Source: an uncultured delta proteobacterium
Lineage (GTDB): Bacteria > Desulfobacterota > Desulfomonilia > UBA1062
DNA: 64,000 bases
Assembly: GCA_963752595.1 (NCBI GenBank)
Contig: CAVVYZ010000020.1
Span: forward strand, 32,001 to 96,000
Reading direction: 5' to 3'
Under the pieces are notes generated by a model, which ran no database searches, had not been told where the DNA came from, and saw nothing but the letters and a program-made list of their open reading frames with translations. Positions within the stretch are counted from its first letter, which is position 1. Each line of letters opens with the position of its first letter. The position numbers were made by a program, and so were the translations under genes. Positions 19,918 through 31,075 of this stretch are shown piece after piece.

Positions 19918-21375
19918 TCAAGGCCAGGTAAGTATAAGATTCCTTGCAGCAGCCACCTCATCCACGCGCGTAACAGGGCTTGCATGGGGAGACCCATGGA
20001 TATTTTCAGGATTTAACCGGCTCTGCTGCGCTATTTCCTCCATGGCGGAAACGAATCTATCGAGCTCTTCGAGCGGTTCCGTCTCGGTAGGTTCGATCAT
20101 GAGCGCACCGGATACCACGAGGGGGAAATAGACCGTCGGAGGGTAGAAACCGAAATCCATGAGGGCCTTTGCGATATCCAGAGCAATGATACCGTCTTCT
20201 TTCTGCTTGCGGTCGCTGAGCACGAACTCATGGAGCGTGGGCGTTTCATAGGGCAGGTCGTAGGGGCCTGAAAGCCTGCTCTTGAGGTAGTTTGCATTCA
20301 GGCAGGCCGTCCTCGCCACCTCCCGCAATCCTAAAGGGCCGAGGCTAAGGATGTAAGCGAGCGCCTTGATGCACACGCTTACGTTGCCTAAAGATGAGTG
20401 CACCATACCGATGCTCTGGGGTCGATGATCGGTGAGCGTAAAAGCACCGGATTCGTCAGGGGTGATGACCGGCAGGGGCAGGAAAGGGGCCAGCTCTTCT
20501 TTCACGAGCACGGGCCCGCTGCCCGGCCCGCCTCCGCCGTGAGGGGTGCCGAAGGTCTTGTGCAGATTCACGTGCATGCAGTCAACGCCCATATCTCCCG
20601 GCCGTGCAACGCCTAAGATCGCGTTCAGATTCGCGCCGTCCATGTAAAGGTATGACCCGTTCTCATGGAGCATCTCGGCTATTTCTCGAATCTCCCGCTC
20701 GAATATGCCTAAGGTGTTCGGATTGGTAATCATCAGCGCTGCAACGTCTCCATTCAGATGGTCTTTCAGGAGGGATGCGGTGAGGAAGCCCTGTTTGCCG
20801 GAGGGGATATTGACGGTTCCGAAGCCGCCCAGCACGCAGGAGGAAGGGTTTGTTCCATGGGCGGTATCCGGGATGAGCACCTTGCTTCTCGGTTCGCCTC
20901 TGACCTGAAAGGCCTTGCGGATGACCATCATCCCGGTGAGCTCTCCATGAGCGCCTGCAGCGGGCCAGAGGCTGCAGGCATCCATGCCGCAGATATCCCC
21001 GAGATATTTCTGGAGAAGGCCCAAGTATTTCAGGACAGGGGACATGGCGTTCCGGTCAGCCGGATGTATGGATTTAAGGCTTTCGGCTATGGCCTCAGTA
21101 ATCTTGGGATTGTATTTCATGGTGCACGATCCCAGGGGATACATGCCGTGGTCGATGCCGTAGTTGAGGCGCGAGAGCCTCGTGAAATGACGGACCGTCT
21201 CCACTTCGGATATATCCGGGACATCGGGCATTCCTTCAACGCCGGGCAATAGGTCCGTATCCGAGAGGTCAAAGGGTTCAGGGACCACGCGTTTGTTCTT
21301 TCCTGGTGCGCTTATCGTGTTCAGAAGCGGTTCTCTGATCTCGGGGAAGCGTGCTACATCCTCTCTGTCAGGCAT
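19918..21375 (-). CDS. gcvPB: Glycine dehydrogenase (decarboxylating) subunit 2
   Basis: YPLGSCTMKYNP, AHGTNP, NLHKTFGTPHGGGGPG (PLP lysine), IEPTETE. Confidence 0.93.
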   Translation of the reverse strand: MPDREDVARFPEIREPLLNTISAPGKNKRVVPEPFDLSDTDLLPGVEGMPDVPDISEVETVRHFTRLSRLNYGIDHGMYPLGSCTMKYNPKITEAIAESLKSIHPADRNAMSPVLKYLGLLQKYLGDICGMDACSLWPAAGAHGELTGMMVIRKAFQVRGEPRSKVLIPDTAHGTNPSSCVLGGFGTVNIPSGKQGFLTASLLKDHLNGDVAALMITNPNTLGIFEREIREIAEMLHENGSYLYMDGANLNAILGVARPGDMGVDCMHVNLHKTFGTPHGGGGPGSGPVLVKEELAPFLPLPVITPDESGAFTLTDHRPQSIGMVHSSLGNVSVCIKALAYILSLGPLGLREVARTACLNANYLKSRLSGPYDLPYETPTLHEFVLSDRKQKEDGIIALDIAKALMDFGFYPPTVYFPLVVSGALMIEPTETEPLEELDRFVSAMEEIAQQSRLNPENIHGSPHASPVTRVDEVAAARNLILTWP

Positions 21376-22658
21376 CGTGCATTCCTCCCTTGTATTCATT
21401 TCCGTAACCGTGGTCAGGAGCATACCGGGAAGCTCCGGGTAAGAGGCCGTGACCGGGATTCCTGGAACGATCCCGTCTTTTTCCAGTGCTTTCCTTTTTA
21501 TTTCTTCCATGGGGATCACGAATTCATGGAATACCGGCCCGCTGAATTTCGGCGCGATCCCTCTTTCCTTCAGGAGGCTCATGAGGTGCGGGCCCCTGCC
21601 TCGCATTGGAGTGCTGCGGTTTTCAGGCCGTGAGGCCCCATGGCGCTCAGGTAGAGTGCAGCCTTAAGCGCGCAGAGCCCTTCATTCGAGCAGATGTTGG
21701 ACGTGGCCTTCTCCCTGCGGATATGCTGCTCGCGCGTGGCCAGGGTGAGGCAGAAGGCCTGCCTTCCTTGCTTGTCTTTCGTGAGGCCTGTGATCCTGCC
21801 CGGCATGCGCCTGACGTGCTCTTTCCTGGTGCAGAAGAACCCGAGCAGAGGCCCGCCTGCATTCGGAGGGTTCCCGAAGGACTGCGCCTCGCCGACCACC
21901 ACGTCGGGGTTGAATGCCCCGGGAGGCTTCAAAGCCGCCAAGGAGAGCGCTTCGGTAACCACGATGCCCCAGAAACCGGCCCGGGATGAAGCGATGGAGG
22001 CTATCTCTTCCAGGGGCTCGATAATGCCGAAATAATTCGGGCTCTGGACAAAGACCGCACAGTCAGAGCCGGTCATAGCCTCCAGGGCTTCCAGATCGAC
22101 CCGGCCGGTGGCCCGGTCAAAGGGTATCTCCTGAATGCGGGCTTCTTCGATATGCGTCAGGTATGTGCCGAGCACGTGCCGGTATGAGGGCTGCGTCGCC
22201 CTCGTGACCAGGATGCGTCTGATTCCCTTTCCCCGCAAGGCCATGAGTGCAGCTTCTGCCAAAGAAGTGGCGCCGTCGTACATGGATGCATTCGATACAT
22301 CCATCCCCGTGAGACCGGCCATCATGCTCTGGTACTCGAAGATCGACTGCAGCGTACCCTGGCTGATCTCCGGCTGATACGGCGTGTATGCGGTATAAAA
22401 CTCCTGCCTGGAGGCAAGGGCGTCCACCAGGGCAGGGATGTGGTGGCGGTATATGCCGCCCCCTGCGAACACCGCCTTTGAGGAGTGGAAGGCGAATTCC
22501 CTGCGGAGCGACTCCTCGTCGAGGGGTCCCTCGATGGGGAGCACCGAACCGTACCGTAAAGCATCCGGTATCGATGAGAAGACTGCTTCAGGGTTCCGGA
22601 TCCCGATCGTGCTCAGGATCTTACCCAGGTCTTCTTCGTTGAGCGGGACATACGACAT
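21376..22658 (-). CDS. gcvPA: Glycine dehydrogenase subunit 1; frameshift near 21585, 3' end uncertain
   Basis: TAYTPYQPEISQG, NASMYDG, REQHIRREKATSNICSN; C-terminal FHEFV...TEMNTREE lies in another frame. Confidence 0.88.
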
Positions 22659-23048
22659 CTATTCAGCCTCTGCCTTGAGGTAGTCTTCGTAGGACTGCGA
22701 ATCCATGAGCTTGCGCACCTGTGACGGGTCATCCATCTTCAAGACCACCATCCACGCGGCTTCATAGCAGTCGTGGTTGGCCAGTTCGGGTGAGTTCTCC
22801 AGAACCTCGTTGACCTCTACGATCTCGCCGTCAACGGGTGAATAGATCTCGGAAACCGCCTTGACGGACTCCACGCTCCCGAGGGAATCGCCCTTGCTGA
22901 CGGAAGTTCCCTTCCGGGCGAGGTCCACGAAGACGATGTCTCCGAGCTCGCTCTGGGCATAATCGGTGATCCCGACCCTCATCAGGCCGTCTTCAACCTT
23001 TCCCCATTCATGATTTTCGGTATAGTACAACTCGTCCGGTATGTTCAT
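22659..23048 (-). CDS. gcvH: Glycine cleavage system H protein
   Basis: GITDYAQSELGD, VESVKAVSE (lipoyl lysine). Confidence 0.95.
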   Translation of the reverse strand: MNIPDELYYTENHEWGKVEDGLMRVGITDYAQSELGDIVFVDLARKGTSVSKGDSLGSVESVKAVSEIYSPVDGEIVEVNEVLENSPELANHDCYEAAWMVVLKMDDPSQVRKLMDSQSYEDYLKAEAE

Positions 23049-23067
23049 ACAGCTCTTCCCCCATATC

Positions 23068-24147
23068 TTATTTGGGTATTGTGCCTTCCACGAACGGCGG
23101 ATGCACGGCCGTGGCTTTCAGAGGTTTTGATCTTACGATAATCTCTACGTCATCATTTTCCAAGACGGTGCTGTCCAGGTATGCAAGCGCGACCCCTGCT
23201 CCCAGGACCGGTGAGATGCTCCCCGATGTAACGGTTCCCACCTCATGCCCGTCCCGGACGCAGACACATCCCTGGCGGGGGATACCCTTGTCCTTGAGCA
23301 GAAGACCCATTAAATGCCGTTTGAGCCCTGACCGGGCCTGCTCGTCGAGCGCCTCCTTGCCTATGAACGCCTTCTTCCCCATGTCCACGGCGAAATTCAG
23401 CCCTGCCTCCAGAGGCGTGTGGGACTCGTCGATGTCGTTGCCGTGGAGGGGGTATCCCATTTCAAGCCTTAAAGTATCTCTGGCGCCCAGGCCGCACGGG
23501 GTTGCTCCCCGGCCGATCAGGTCATTCCACAGGAGCGATGCGTGCTCTGCATCGAGAAAGATCTCAACGCCGCCTGCCCCTGTGTAGCCTGTTTTCGAGA
23601 TCAGGAACTCACCGTACCGGGATGTCCGGGCCGCGGCGAAGGTGTATTTCTTGAGAGTCCCGAGGTCGAATGCAAGGGCCGATTTCAGGATGCGTGAAGC
23701 ATCCGGGCCCTGCAGCGCAAGGAGAGCAGTCCGGCTGCTTCTGTCTTCGAGGACCGCACCTTCTTTGTTCCGGCTGCCGAGCCATTTCAGGTCCTGCTCC
23801 GTGTTCGATGCATTAACGCAGAGCATATAGCTTTCTCCGGGCTCGATGCAGTACACCGTGAGGTCATCGATGATACCCCCGTGCTCGTTGAGGAAAAAGC
23901 TGTAATATACTTTGTTCCTTGGCATCGACGGGATGTCCCGGGTGAGGATCCGGTCGAGGAAAGGCACGCTCTGTCTTCCCTGCACGTATATCTCGCCCAT
24001 GTGGCTCGCATCGAACAGCCCTGCAGAGGTTCTTGTCGCCATGTGCTCTTCTATGATGCCGGTATACCAGACGGGCATCTCCCACCCGTGGAAGTCGACG
24101 ATCTTCGCATGAAGCTTCTCATGCTCGTGAAACAGCGGTGTCCTCAT
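23068..24147 (-). CDS. gcvT: Aminomethyltransferase (T protein)
   Basis: MRTPL, GWEMP, GLFDASHMG, GLGARDTLRLE. Confidence 0.95.
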   Translation of the reverse strand: MRTPLFHEHEKLHAKIVDFHGWEMPVWYTGIIEEHMATRTSAGLFDASHMGEIYVQGRQSVPFLDRILTRDIPSMPRNKVYYSFFLNEHGGIIDDLTVYCIEPGESYMLCVNASNTEQDLKWLGSRNKEGAVLEDRSSRTALLALQGPDASRILKSALAFDLGTLKKYTFAAARTSRYGEFLISKTGYTGAGGVEIFLDAEHASLLWNDLIGRGATPCGLGARDTLRLEMGYPLHGNDIDESHTPLEAGLNFAVDMGKKAFIGKEALDEQARSGLKRHLMGLLLKDKGIPRQGCVCVRDGHEVGTVTSGSISPVLGAGVALAYLDSTVLENDDVEIIVRSKPLKATAVHPPFVEGTIPK

Positions 24148-24298
24148 TTTTCAAGTCCTCATACCTTTATAATATGAGTGCATCCGGTCACAGTACCATA
24201 CAAGGCGCATGCGAAAAGCGCCTCCACGGAAGAAAACGGGCAGGTGCAGCTTTTTATCAACCATGGCCGCAGGCCGCATTGCAAAGAGGGGGCGAAGA

Positions 24299-25150
24299 TC
24301 AGGAAACGCGGGCTTTGGCTGCTATCAGGGTATTTTCCAGCAGCATGGTGATGGTCATGGGCCCGACTCCGCCCGGGACGGGGGTGATCAGCCGCGCATG
24401 CCCGGCAGCATCTTCGAACTCCACATCACCTTTCAGTTTGCCGTTCTCCATCCGGTTCACGCCCACGTCGATCACGACCGCGCCGTCCTTGATCCAGTCA
24501 CCGCTGATCATCTCGGGCTTGCCGATGGCTGCCACGACGATGTCTGCCCGGGAGACCTTTTCTTTCAGATCGATCGTGCGCGAATGGCATATCGTGATGG
24601 TTGCGTGCTCCATCATGAGCAGCAGCGCAACCGGCTTGCCCACGATATTGCTCCTCCCCACAATCACTGCGTCTTTGCCCTTGATCTCGACTCCGTACTC
24701 ATGAAGCATGGATATGATCCCTCTGGGGGTGCACGGCACCAGGGTAGGCTTGCCCATCAGGAGCATGCCCATATTGTAGGGGTGAAACCCGTCCACGTCC
24801 TTTGCCGGGTCGATCTTCAGGAGGATCTCATCCTCCCTTAAGCGGGCAGGCAGCGGAAGCTGGACCAGGATCCCGTCGACCTCGTCTCTGTTGTTGAGCT
24901 CTTCGATGAGAGACAGGATCTCCTCCTGCGTCGTCTTCTCATCCATGCGGTACTCAAAGGACATGATGCCGGATTGTTCGCAGGCAATCTTTTTATTCTT
25001 CACATAGATGCCTGATGCAGGGTCATTGCCCACGAGGACTACCGCAAGCCCCGGGGCCCTGTTGCGTGTTCTGGTGAAATCAGCCGCGGCTGTCGCTATC
25101 TCGGCGCGTTTCTTCCGTGACAATTCCTTGCCGTCAATTATCGTGCCCAA
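24299..25150 (-). CDS. folD: Methylenetetrahydrofolate dehydrogenase/cyclohydrolase
   Basis: GILVQLPLP, KDVDGFHP, GRSNIVGKP, TPVPGGVGPMT. Confidence 0.95.
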   Translation of the reverse strand: MGTIIDGKELSRKKRAEIATAAADFTRTRNRAPGLAVVLVGNDPASGIYVKNKKIACEQSGIMSFEYRMDEKTTQEEILSLIEELNNRDEVDGILVQLPLPARLREDEILLKIDPAKDVDGFHPYNMGMLLMGKPTLVPCTPRGIISMLHEYGVEIKGKDAVIVGRSNIVGKPVALLLMMEHATITICHSRTIDLKEKVSRADIVVAAIGKPEMISGDWIKDGAVVIDVGVNRMENGKLKGDVEFEDAAGHARLITPVPGGVGPMTITMLLENTLIAAKARVS

Positions 25151-25216
25151 TACCCTCTCTCCCTTTAGATTCATTTCGCGGCGTGTAAGCCGACGTTACA
25201 TGACAATAATTAAAGA

Positions 25217-26282
25217 TTACGTCCTGTACACCCATTTCACAGGCAAAGGACGGAAGCTCACCGCATGGGGCATGGGCAGGATCATCTCCATGTCCACTGC
25301 AAGCCAGCTGAAGTCGGGCTTTAAGATCCTGAGCTTTCCGTCTGCAGGAGGTGTCCCCCATTCGGTGTGTTTATACGTTACAAAGAGGATGACATCAAAG
25401 AACTGCTCCGATTCACCCAGGGCATAGCCCTGGCTGAAGCATTCCATGGTGATATTGTTGTTCTCGATGAGCTGTTTGGCCAGCTGCTTATCGAACTGGA
25501 TGACCGCATAGCGGCCCACGCCCTTCTCCGAGTAGCGGGTGAGCGTCTTGGCCTCTGCGCTGGATACGTATACCGTGGCAAGGCCGGTAGTGTTCTTGAG
25601 GTACTGGAAGGCATATGAGAGCTGCCGACCTGCGCCCGCCGGTTGCCTGGTGGTGCCAGCCATAGTATTCGAACAGCTTCTGCTGCAAGATCTCGGCATA
25701 CCGGTCGCCTTTTTCATAGAGGCTCTTCGAGATGTACCGCAGTTCCTTTGCGAGGCTTTCGGCAGCCTCGGCGATAGGCCAGTCGATTTTGACATGAAAG
25801 TGGGTGAGCGAGTAGCGGTTGTGTTTCTTGAACCGGTTGTCCCGCTGGATCAGCAGGCAGTAATCCACATCGATGAGCTGATCGAAGAGTTCGAAGAAAG
25901 CATCCCGTTCGAAGAACCGGATCGTAGAGGAGAAAGGGCGGTGGAGCCTCAGGTCCGGGACCAGGGAGATGGTGTCCTTTCTCACCCTGTTGGTGTCGGA
26001 GAACCTGATGTATTTCTGGTGTGCGTCATCGATCGTATCTTCGCAGAAAACGATAAAAAAGGGCCTGGCGAGAGACGACTCCTTTGAGAATTCCTTTTTC
26101 TTGGGCCTCAGATCGCTGGAGTCCACATAGAGGTAGGGGACATTCTTTTCCTGACAATTCCTGTACGGCTCTTCCAGCGCGATAGCCTTGAGCTTGAGCT
26201 CAAGCTCATCACGAAGGAAGACATAGATCGATCGTCGTATCTTCTCTGTATGGCCCAGTTCGAATCGCGACTTTTTTTCCAT
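25217..26282 (-). CDS. Hypothetical protein split by a frameshift at ~25615
   Basis: ORF 25488..26282 continues into the 25217 frame (…RRSAALI-AFQYLKNT…) if one T is removed. Confidence 0.65.
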
Positions 26283-26329
26283 GAAAAACCGGTACGCTCC
26301 TTATTCGCCCATCAAAAGAAAAAGGGTAT

Positions 26330-26706
26330 GAAGCAGTCCATAAGCCGGGTTCTGTGTCCCTGCCCAAGTTGCCTTGAGCCGAGCGGCGATCATTCATCTA
26401 GGGCAGCAGTTGCCTGCTGCCTCGAGCGACCTACCCAGGGGCGGGACGGGCAGCCCTTACAGCCCCTCTTTTGGTCTTGCTCCGGGTGGGGTTTGCCAAG
26501 CTTCCCCGGTCACCCGGGGAACTGGTGAGCTCTTACCTCGCCGTTTCACCCTTACTCCCCGTATAGGGGGGCGGTTTGTTTTCTGTGGCACTTTCCCTAG
26601 GGTCACCCCCGGTCGCCGTTAGCGACCACCCTTGCCCTGCGGAGCCCGGACTTTCCTCTCGCGCCTGCTACAAGAGCAAAGCATCAGCGATCACCTGTAC
26701 TCCTTC
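26330..26706 (-). ncRNA. rnpB: RNase P RNA (class A)
   Basis: Minus strand GAGGAAAGTCCGGGCTCC, GGAAAGTGCCACAGAAA, GAGCAAGACCAAA, ACAGAACCCGGCTTA; complementary ends (P1). Confidence 0.97.
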
Positions 26707-26920
26707 AACCCATCACAATCCTTACAAGATGAGGCCATGAAATTCAAGTATGAAATAGGAGCATACGGAAACGGAAGAGTGTCATGGATAAAAATGTACT
26801 GATACAATGCCTCGGTGAGGGATTCATCATCCATCGGCAATATGCCCGTATCGAATAGACTGTATTTTTTTGTATATTTTTTCGAAAAGATCCTATGGTA
26901 TAAAAAAAAGAAAGGGAGAT

Positions 26921-28975
26921 GTGGTGAACAGGAACCTGGATTTTTTCAATCTCTACCGTCACGGCTTTATCAGGGTTGCCGCCTGTATCCCTGAGCTCAA
27001 GGTGAGCGATCCCATTTACAATTCCCGGGAAACCCTTGATCTGATCAGGGATGCACATGCAAGGAAGGCCGTGCTCGCGATGTTCCCCGAGCTGGGCATC
27101 TCCGCATACTCCAACGAGGACCTGTTCTTTCAGCAGGCGCTTCTTGATTCCGTAAGGACGGCGCTCGGATTCATCCTTCAGGAAACGGTTTCGCTCGATA
27201 TCGCCGTTGTAGTGGGCGCTCCGCTCGATGTGGAAGGCGGCCTGTACAACTGTGCTGTTGTCATGCACCGCGGGATTATCAAGGGCATCGCGGTCAAGAG
27301 CTATCTGCCCAATTACCGTGAATTTTACGAGGCCCGCCAGTTCAGGCCTTCCCACGAGCTTCCCGTGAGCACCATCGACCTGTGCGGTCAGCGCGACATC
27401 CCCATCGGTGCAGACCTGATCTTTTCCGTGCCTGCCATAACCGGTTTCAAATTTTTTATCGAGATATGCGAAGACCTCTGGGCGCCCATACCGCCTTCGA
27501 GCTATGCAGCTTTGGCCGGTGCGTCGGTCATGATCAACCTCTCGGCATCGAACATCACCGTGGGAAAGGACGAATACCGGCATCAGCTGGCAGGGAACCA
27601 GTCGGCCCGGTGCATGGCTGCATACATATATACGGCTGCGGGGTTCGGGGAATCGACCACGGATCTTGCCTGGGACGGCCATGCCATGGTGTATGAAAAC
27701 GGCAACCTTATCTCGGAATCCAAGCGGTTTTCCAAAGGCCCCCAGGTCATATGCGCCGATATCGATCTCGACCGGCTGTCTACCGACAGGCTCCGCTCCA
27801 ATACTTTCCATGCGGCAAGGACCTTTCATCGCCATACCTTCAGGCAGGTCTCTGTCGATGTACTGACTCCCGGCGAGGGAATCCTGCTGGAGCGAGAGAT
27901 CTCCCGCTTTCCCTATGTCCCTTCCCAAGCCGCGCTCAGGGACAAGCGGTGCTACGAGGTTTACAACATCCAGGTGCAGGGGATCGCGAAGAGGATGCTC
28001 TCGACAGGGATCAAGAACCTCGTCATCGGGGTTTCCGGAGGGCTCGATTCCACCCATGCCCTCATCGTGTGTGCGCGTGCCATGGATATGCTGGGGCTTC
28101 CCCGGACGAACATCAAGGCGTACACCCTGCCGGGGTTCGCAACGTCCCAGAAGACTTACAACAACGCAAAAGAGCTCATGGCGGCACTGCATGTGGAGGC
28201 AGGCGAGATCGACATCAAGCCCGCCTCAAAGCAGATGATGAAGGACATCGGTCATCCCTATGCCAAGGGTGAGGATCTCTACGACATAACCTTTGAAAAC
28301 ATCCAGGCAGGCCAGAGGACCTCGATACTCTTCCGCCTGGCGAACTTCAGAGACGCGCTGGTGGTCGGCACCGGCGATCTGAGCGAGCTGGCGCTGGGGT
28401 GGAGCACCTACGGGGTGGGAGACCAGATGTCCCATTACAACGTCAATGCCAGCGTGCCCAAAACCCTTATCCAGTACGTCATCCGCTGGGTTGCCGAGAA
28501 GGATCTGTTTGGCGCGGAAGCCTCCAGGTCCTTGAAAGACATTCTCGAAACCGTGATCAGCCCGGAGCTCGTACCGGGTACAGCCTCGGATGAACCGGCC
28601 CAGATGACCGAGGAAGTCATCGGTCCCTACGAGCTCCAGGATTTCAACACCTTCTACACCGTACGCTACGGCTATCTGCCTTCGAAGATTGCGTTCCTTT
28701 CCTGGTCGGCATGGCACGACAGGCAGAAAGGCTTATGGCCAGATGTGCCGGAAGCCACGCGCAACGAATACGCGCTGCCCGAAATAAAGCACTGGCTCCA
28801 GGTGTTCATACGGCGTTTCTTCAAGCTCAGCCAGTACAAAAGATCCTGCATCCCCAATGCCCCCAAGGTAGGTTCGGGCGGTTCCCTTTCGCCCCGGGGA
28901 GATTACCGGGCCCCGAGCGACAGCGAAGACGCCCCCTGGCTCGAGGACCTCCGGAACGTGCCTGACTCCGAATAA
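26921..28975 (+). CDS. nadE: Glutamine-dependent NAD+ synthetase
   Basis: Nitrilase domain (FPELG, EICEDLW) plus SGGLDST, GTGDLSE, PYELQDF. Confidence 0.95.
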   Translation: MVNRNLDFFNLYRHGFIRVAACIPELKVSDPIYNSRETLDLIRDAHARKAVLAMFPELGISAYSNEDLFFQQALLDSVRTALGFILQETVSLDIAVVVGAPLDVEGGLYNCAVVMHRGIIKGIAVKSYLPNYREFYEARQFRPSHELPVSTIDLCGQRDIPIGADLIFSVPAITGFKFFIEICEDLWAPIPPSSYAALAGASVMINLSASNITVGKDEYRHQLAGNQSARCMAAYIYTAAGFGESTTDLAWDGHAMVYENGNLISESKRFSKGPQVICADIDLDRLSTDRLRSNTFHAARTFHRHTFRQVSVDVLTPGEGILLEREISRFPYVPSQAALRDKRCYEVYNIQVQGIAKRMLSTGIKNLVIGVSGGLDSTHALIVCARAMDMLGLPRTNIKAYTLPGFATSQKTYNNAKELMAALHVEAGEIDIKPASKQMMKDIGHPYAKGEDLYDITFENIQAGQRTSILFRLANFRDALVVGTGDLSELALGWSTYGVGDQMSHYNVNASVPKTLIQYVIRWVAEKDLFGAEASRSLKDILETVISPELVPGTASDEPAQMTEEVIGPYELQDFNTFYTVRYGYLPSKIAFLSWSAWHDRQKGLWPDVPEATRNEYALPEIKHWLQVFIRRFFKLSQYKRSCIPNAPKVGSGGSLSPRGDYRAPSDSEDAPWLEDLRNVPDSE

Positions 28976-29102
28976 AAAAACCGACCGCACTGAATACTCA
29001 AATGATCCGTGCCGGATATCCGCTGAACTACAATTGGAATCCTTTTCCCTCCGGACTAATGCCCACAGGACTCTGGGCTTGGGTGCGTAACCGGCCTCCG
29101 GT

Positions 29103-29130
29103 TCAAGATTATAGAATTATATTCCGAACA
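29103..29130 (+). promoter_or_regulatory. Sigma28-like promoter TCAA-N16-TCCGAACA
   Basis: Directly upstream of the GGAGG RBS of the cheZ-like gene. Confidence 0.45.
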
Positions 29131-29150
29131 CGATGTGAGTGGAGGATGCC

Positions 29151-29954
29151 ATGAAAAAGAGTGGGGGAAAAGATACGGGCAGTGATGTGAAGGGTATTCT
29201 GAAGCAGGCGGATGCCCTGAAGGAGTATCTGGAAAAGGGCGGCACGGAATCCATCAGGCAGCTCATCCTCTTCATGGACACCCTCAAAGATGCAATACTT
29301 TCCCTTACCACCGGAGACCTTGAAAAAGCGGCTCAAGCCATGAAAAAGCTCAGCTCAATCGCTACGACCGAGCTGTTCCTGGGTATCGGTGAGATCACGA
29401 GGGATCTCCATGAGTCCATCAAAGACATCCAGAATTTTCTGGAGCCCATTATCACCAATATCACCGAAGAGGACATCCAGGGATTATCCAGTAAGCTCGC
29501 CCATGTCTCCAGCCTGGTGAAAGACACCTCTGAGCGTACCCTCGACCTGCTCTTTTCCCGCCAGGAGATCGCGCTCGCGGATAACGTCGCATATGATACC
29601 GTTGCCAGGCTCATCGTATCCGATGACAAGAAAGGTGCGATGCTGAAGCTCAAGCAGCTTAAATCCCACAACTCCGAGCTCGTAGGCGAGCTCATGCGCA
29701 TCAGCGAGCTGCAGATCCACGCCGATCTCGTCGATCAGATCATCAAGAAGGTGAGCAGGGTCGTGGAAAACATGGAGACCAGGCTCGTAGACCTTATCAG
29801 GAGATATGACCATCAGCATACCTCCCTGAAACAATCGGAAAACGCGGCCAAGCACGGCCGGACACTCCACGGCCCAGTCATCCCGGGTGAGGCAAAGGGC
29901 ATCGCTTCATCACAGGATGATGTGGACAATCTCTTGAAGTCGTTCGGTCTCTAG
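29151..29954 (+). CDS. CheZ-like chemotaxis phosphatase
   Basis: LFLGIGEITRDLHES, DLVDQ (DxxxQ), LHGP, SSQDDVDNLLKSFGL C-terminal peptide. Confidence 0.75.
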   Translation: MKKSGGKDTGSDVKGILKQADALKEYLEKGGTESIRQLILFMDTLKDAILSLTTGDLEKAAQAMKKLSSIATTELFLGIGEITRDLHESIKDIQNFLEPIITNITEEDIQGLSSKLAHVSSLVKDTSERTLDLLFSRQEIALADNVAYDTVARLIVSDDKKGAMLKLKQLKSHNSELVGELMRISELQIHADLVDQIIKKVSRVVENMETRLVDLIRRYDHQHTSLKQSENAAKHGRTLHGPVIPGEAKGIASSQDDVDNLLKSFGL

Positions 29955-29976
29955 CGATATACCATTCTATATCACT

Positions 29977-30984
29977 ATGAGGCCTTCGTTTGTACCCCGG
30001 CTCGTGAACGGCCCTCTTTTCGATCCGGTTCTGTATGTCAGGATCATGAACGAAAAAAAGGCGCTGATGTTCGACTGCGGCTATTTTCAGACAATGGCCG
30101 ATCGTGAGCTTCTGGCCCTGGACACGATCTGTATCAGCCATGGCCACATGAACCATTTCATGGGGTTCGACAATGTCCTGCGCACGATCCTCCACAGGAA
30201 AGAACCATTGAACATTTACGGCCCTGAAGGAATCATAAGGAAAGTGCTCTCGAAGCTGCAGGCGTATACCTGGAACTTATCCTCCGGCTATGCCCTGGAA
30301 ATCAGGATCCATGAGATATTGCCCAAACAAGTGAACGTAGCCAGGGCCAGGGCGGACGAGGGGTTCACCTTATCCTCCGAGGAAGTTCTGCCGAGAACCG
30401 GCGCTGTGATAGCAGACTCGGCACGGTACTGCCTTGAGGCGGTCATACTCGATCATGGGGATATACCCTGCCTGGGATATGTTCTGAAAGAGCCTTGCCA
30501 CATCAACATTCGAAAAGGTATCCTGACGAAGAAAGGGTATATCGCCGGACCCTGGCTGGGAAGGCTGAAGAGCTGCATATTTAGGGGAATCCCGGACGAG
30601 CCCGTTTTGGTGAAAACCTCTTCCGGGATGAGGGAAATCCCTGCCGGAGAGCTCAAGGCAGAGCTCGTGGTGGTGACGAAAGGGCAGTCGATCGCATATA
30701 TAACGGATATCGCCTGTACCGGGCGGAACATCCGGGCCCTCGATACCCTGGGGAAAGGTATAGGCAGCCTTTTTATCGAGACATTTTATCTTGACGAGCT
30801 TCGAAGTCTTGCCCTCGAGAAGGGGCATCTCACTGCAGCCCAGGCAGGAATGATCGCCTGCTCGATGAAAGCAAAACATGTCTTCCCCATGCATGTTTCC
30901 CCACGGTATCATGACCGGATCGATGAGATTTCCGCAGAGATGATCAATGCCCGGAGAGAAGGCCTGGTTGACATCATCCCTTGA
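29977..30984 (+). CDS. RNase Z-like metallo-beta-lactamase fold hydrolase
   Basis: LVNGPLFDP, SHGHMNH, YITD, HLTA, HVSPRY. Confidence 0.8.
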   Translation: MRPSFVPRLVNGPLFDPVLYVRIMNEKKALMFDCGYFQTMADRELLALDTICISHGHMNHFMGFDNVLRTILHRKEPLNIYGPEGIIRKVLSKLQAYTWNLSSGYALEIRIHEILPKQVNVARARADEGFTLSSEEVLPRTGAVIADSARYCLEAVILDHGDIPCLGYVLKEPCHINIRKGILTKKGYIAGPWLGRLKSCIFRGIPDEPVLVKTSSGMREIPAGELKAELVVVTKGQSIAYITDIACTGRNIRALDTLGKGIGSLFIETFYLDELRSLALEKGHLTAAQAGMIACSMKAKHVFPMHVSPRYHDRIDEISAEMINARREGLVDIIP

Positions 30985-31075
30985 AACCCGGCCGTGAAAA
31001 GACAACCCTGTTGATATTATCAAGCCATTCCGGTAATGAAATGGAGCAACTTCATGCTGATAGCAAAGGACCTTT

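Noticed and set aside
24148-24298. Glycine riboswitch before gcvT
   Set aside because: No GGAGA/CCGAAG/CTCTCAGG pattern on the minus strand
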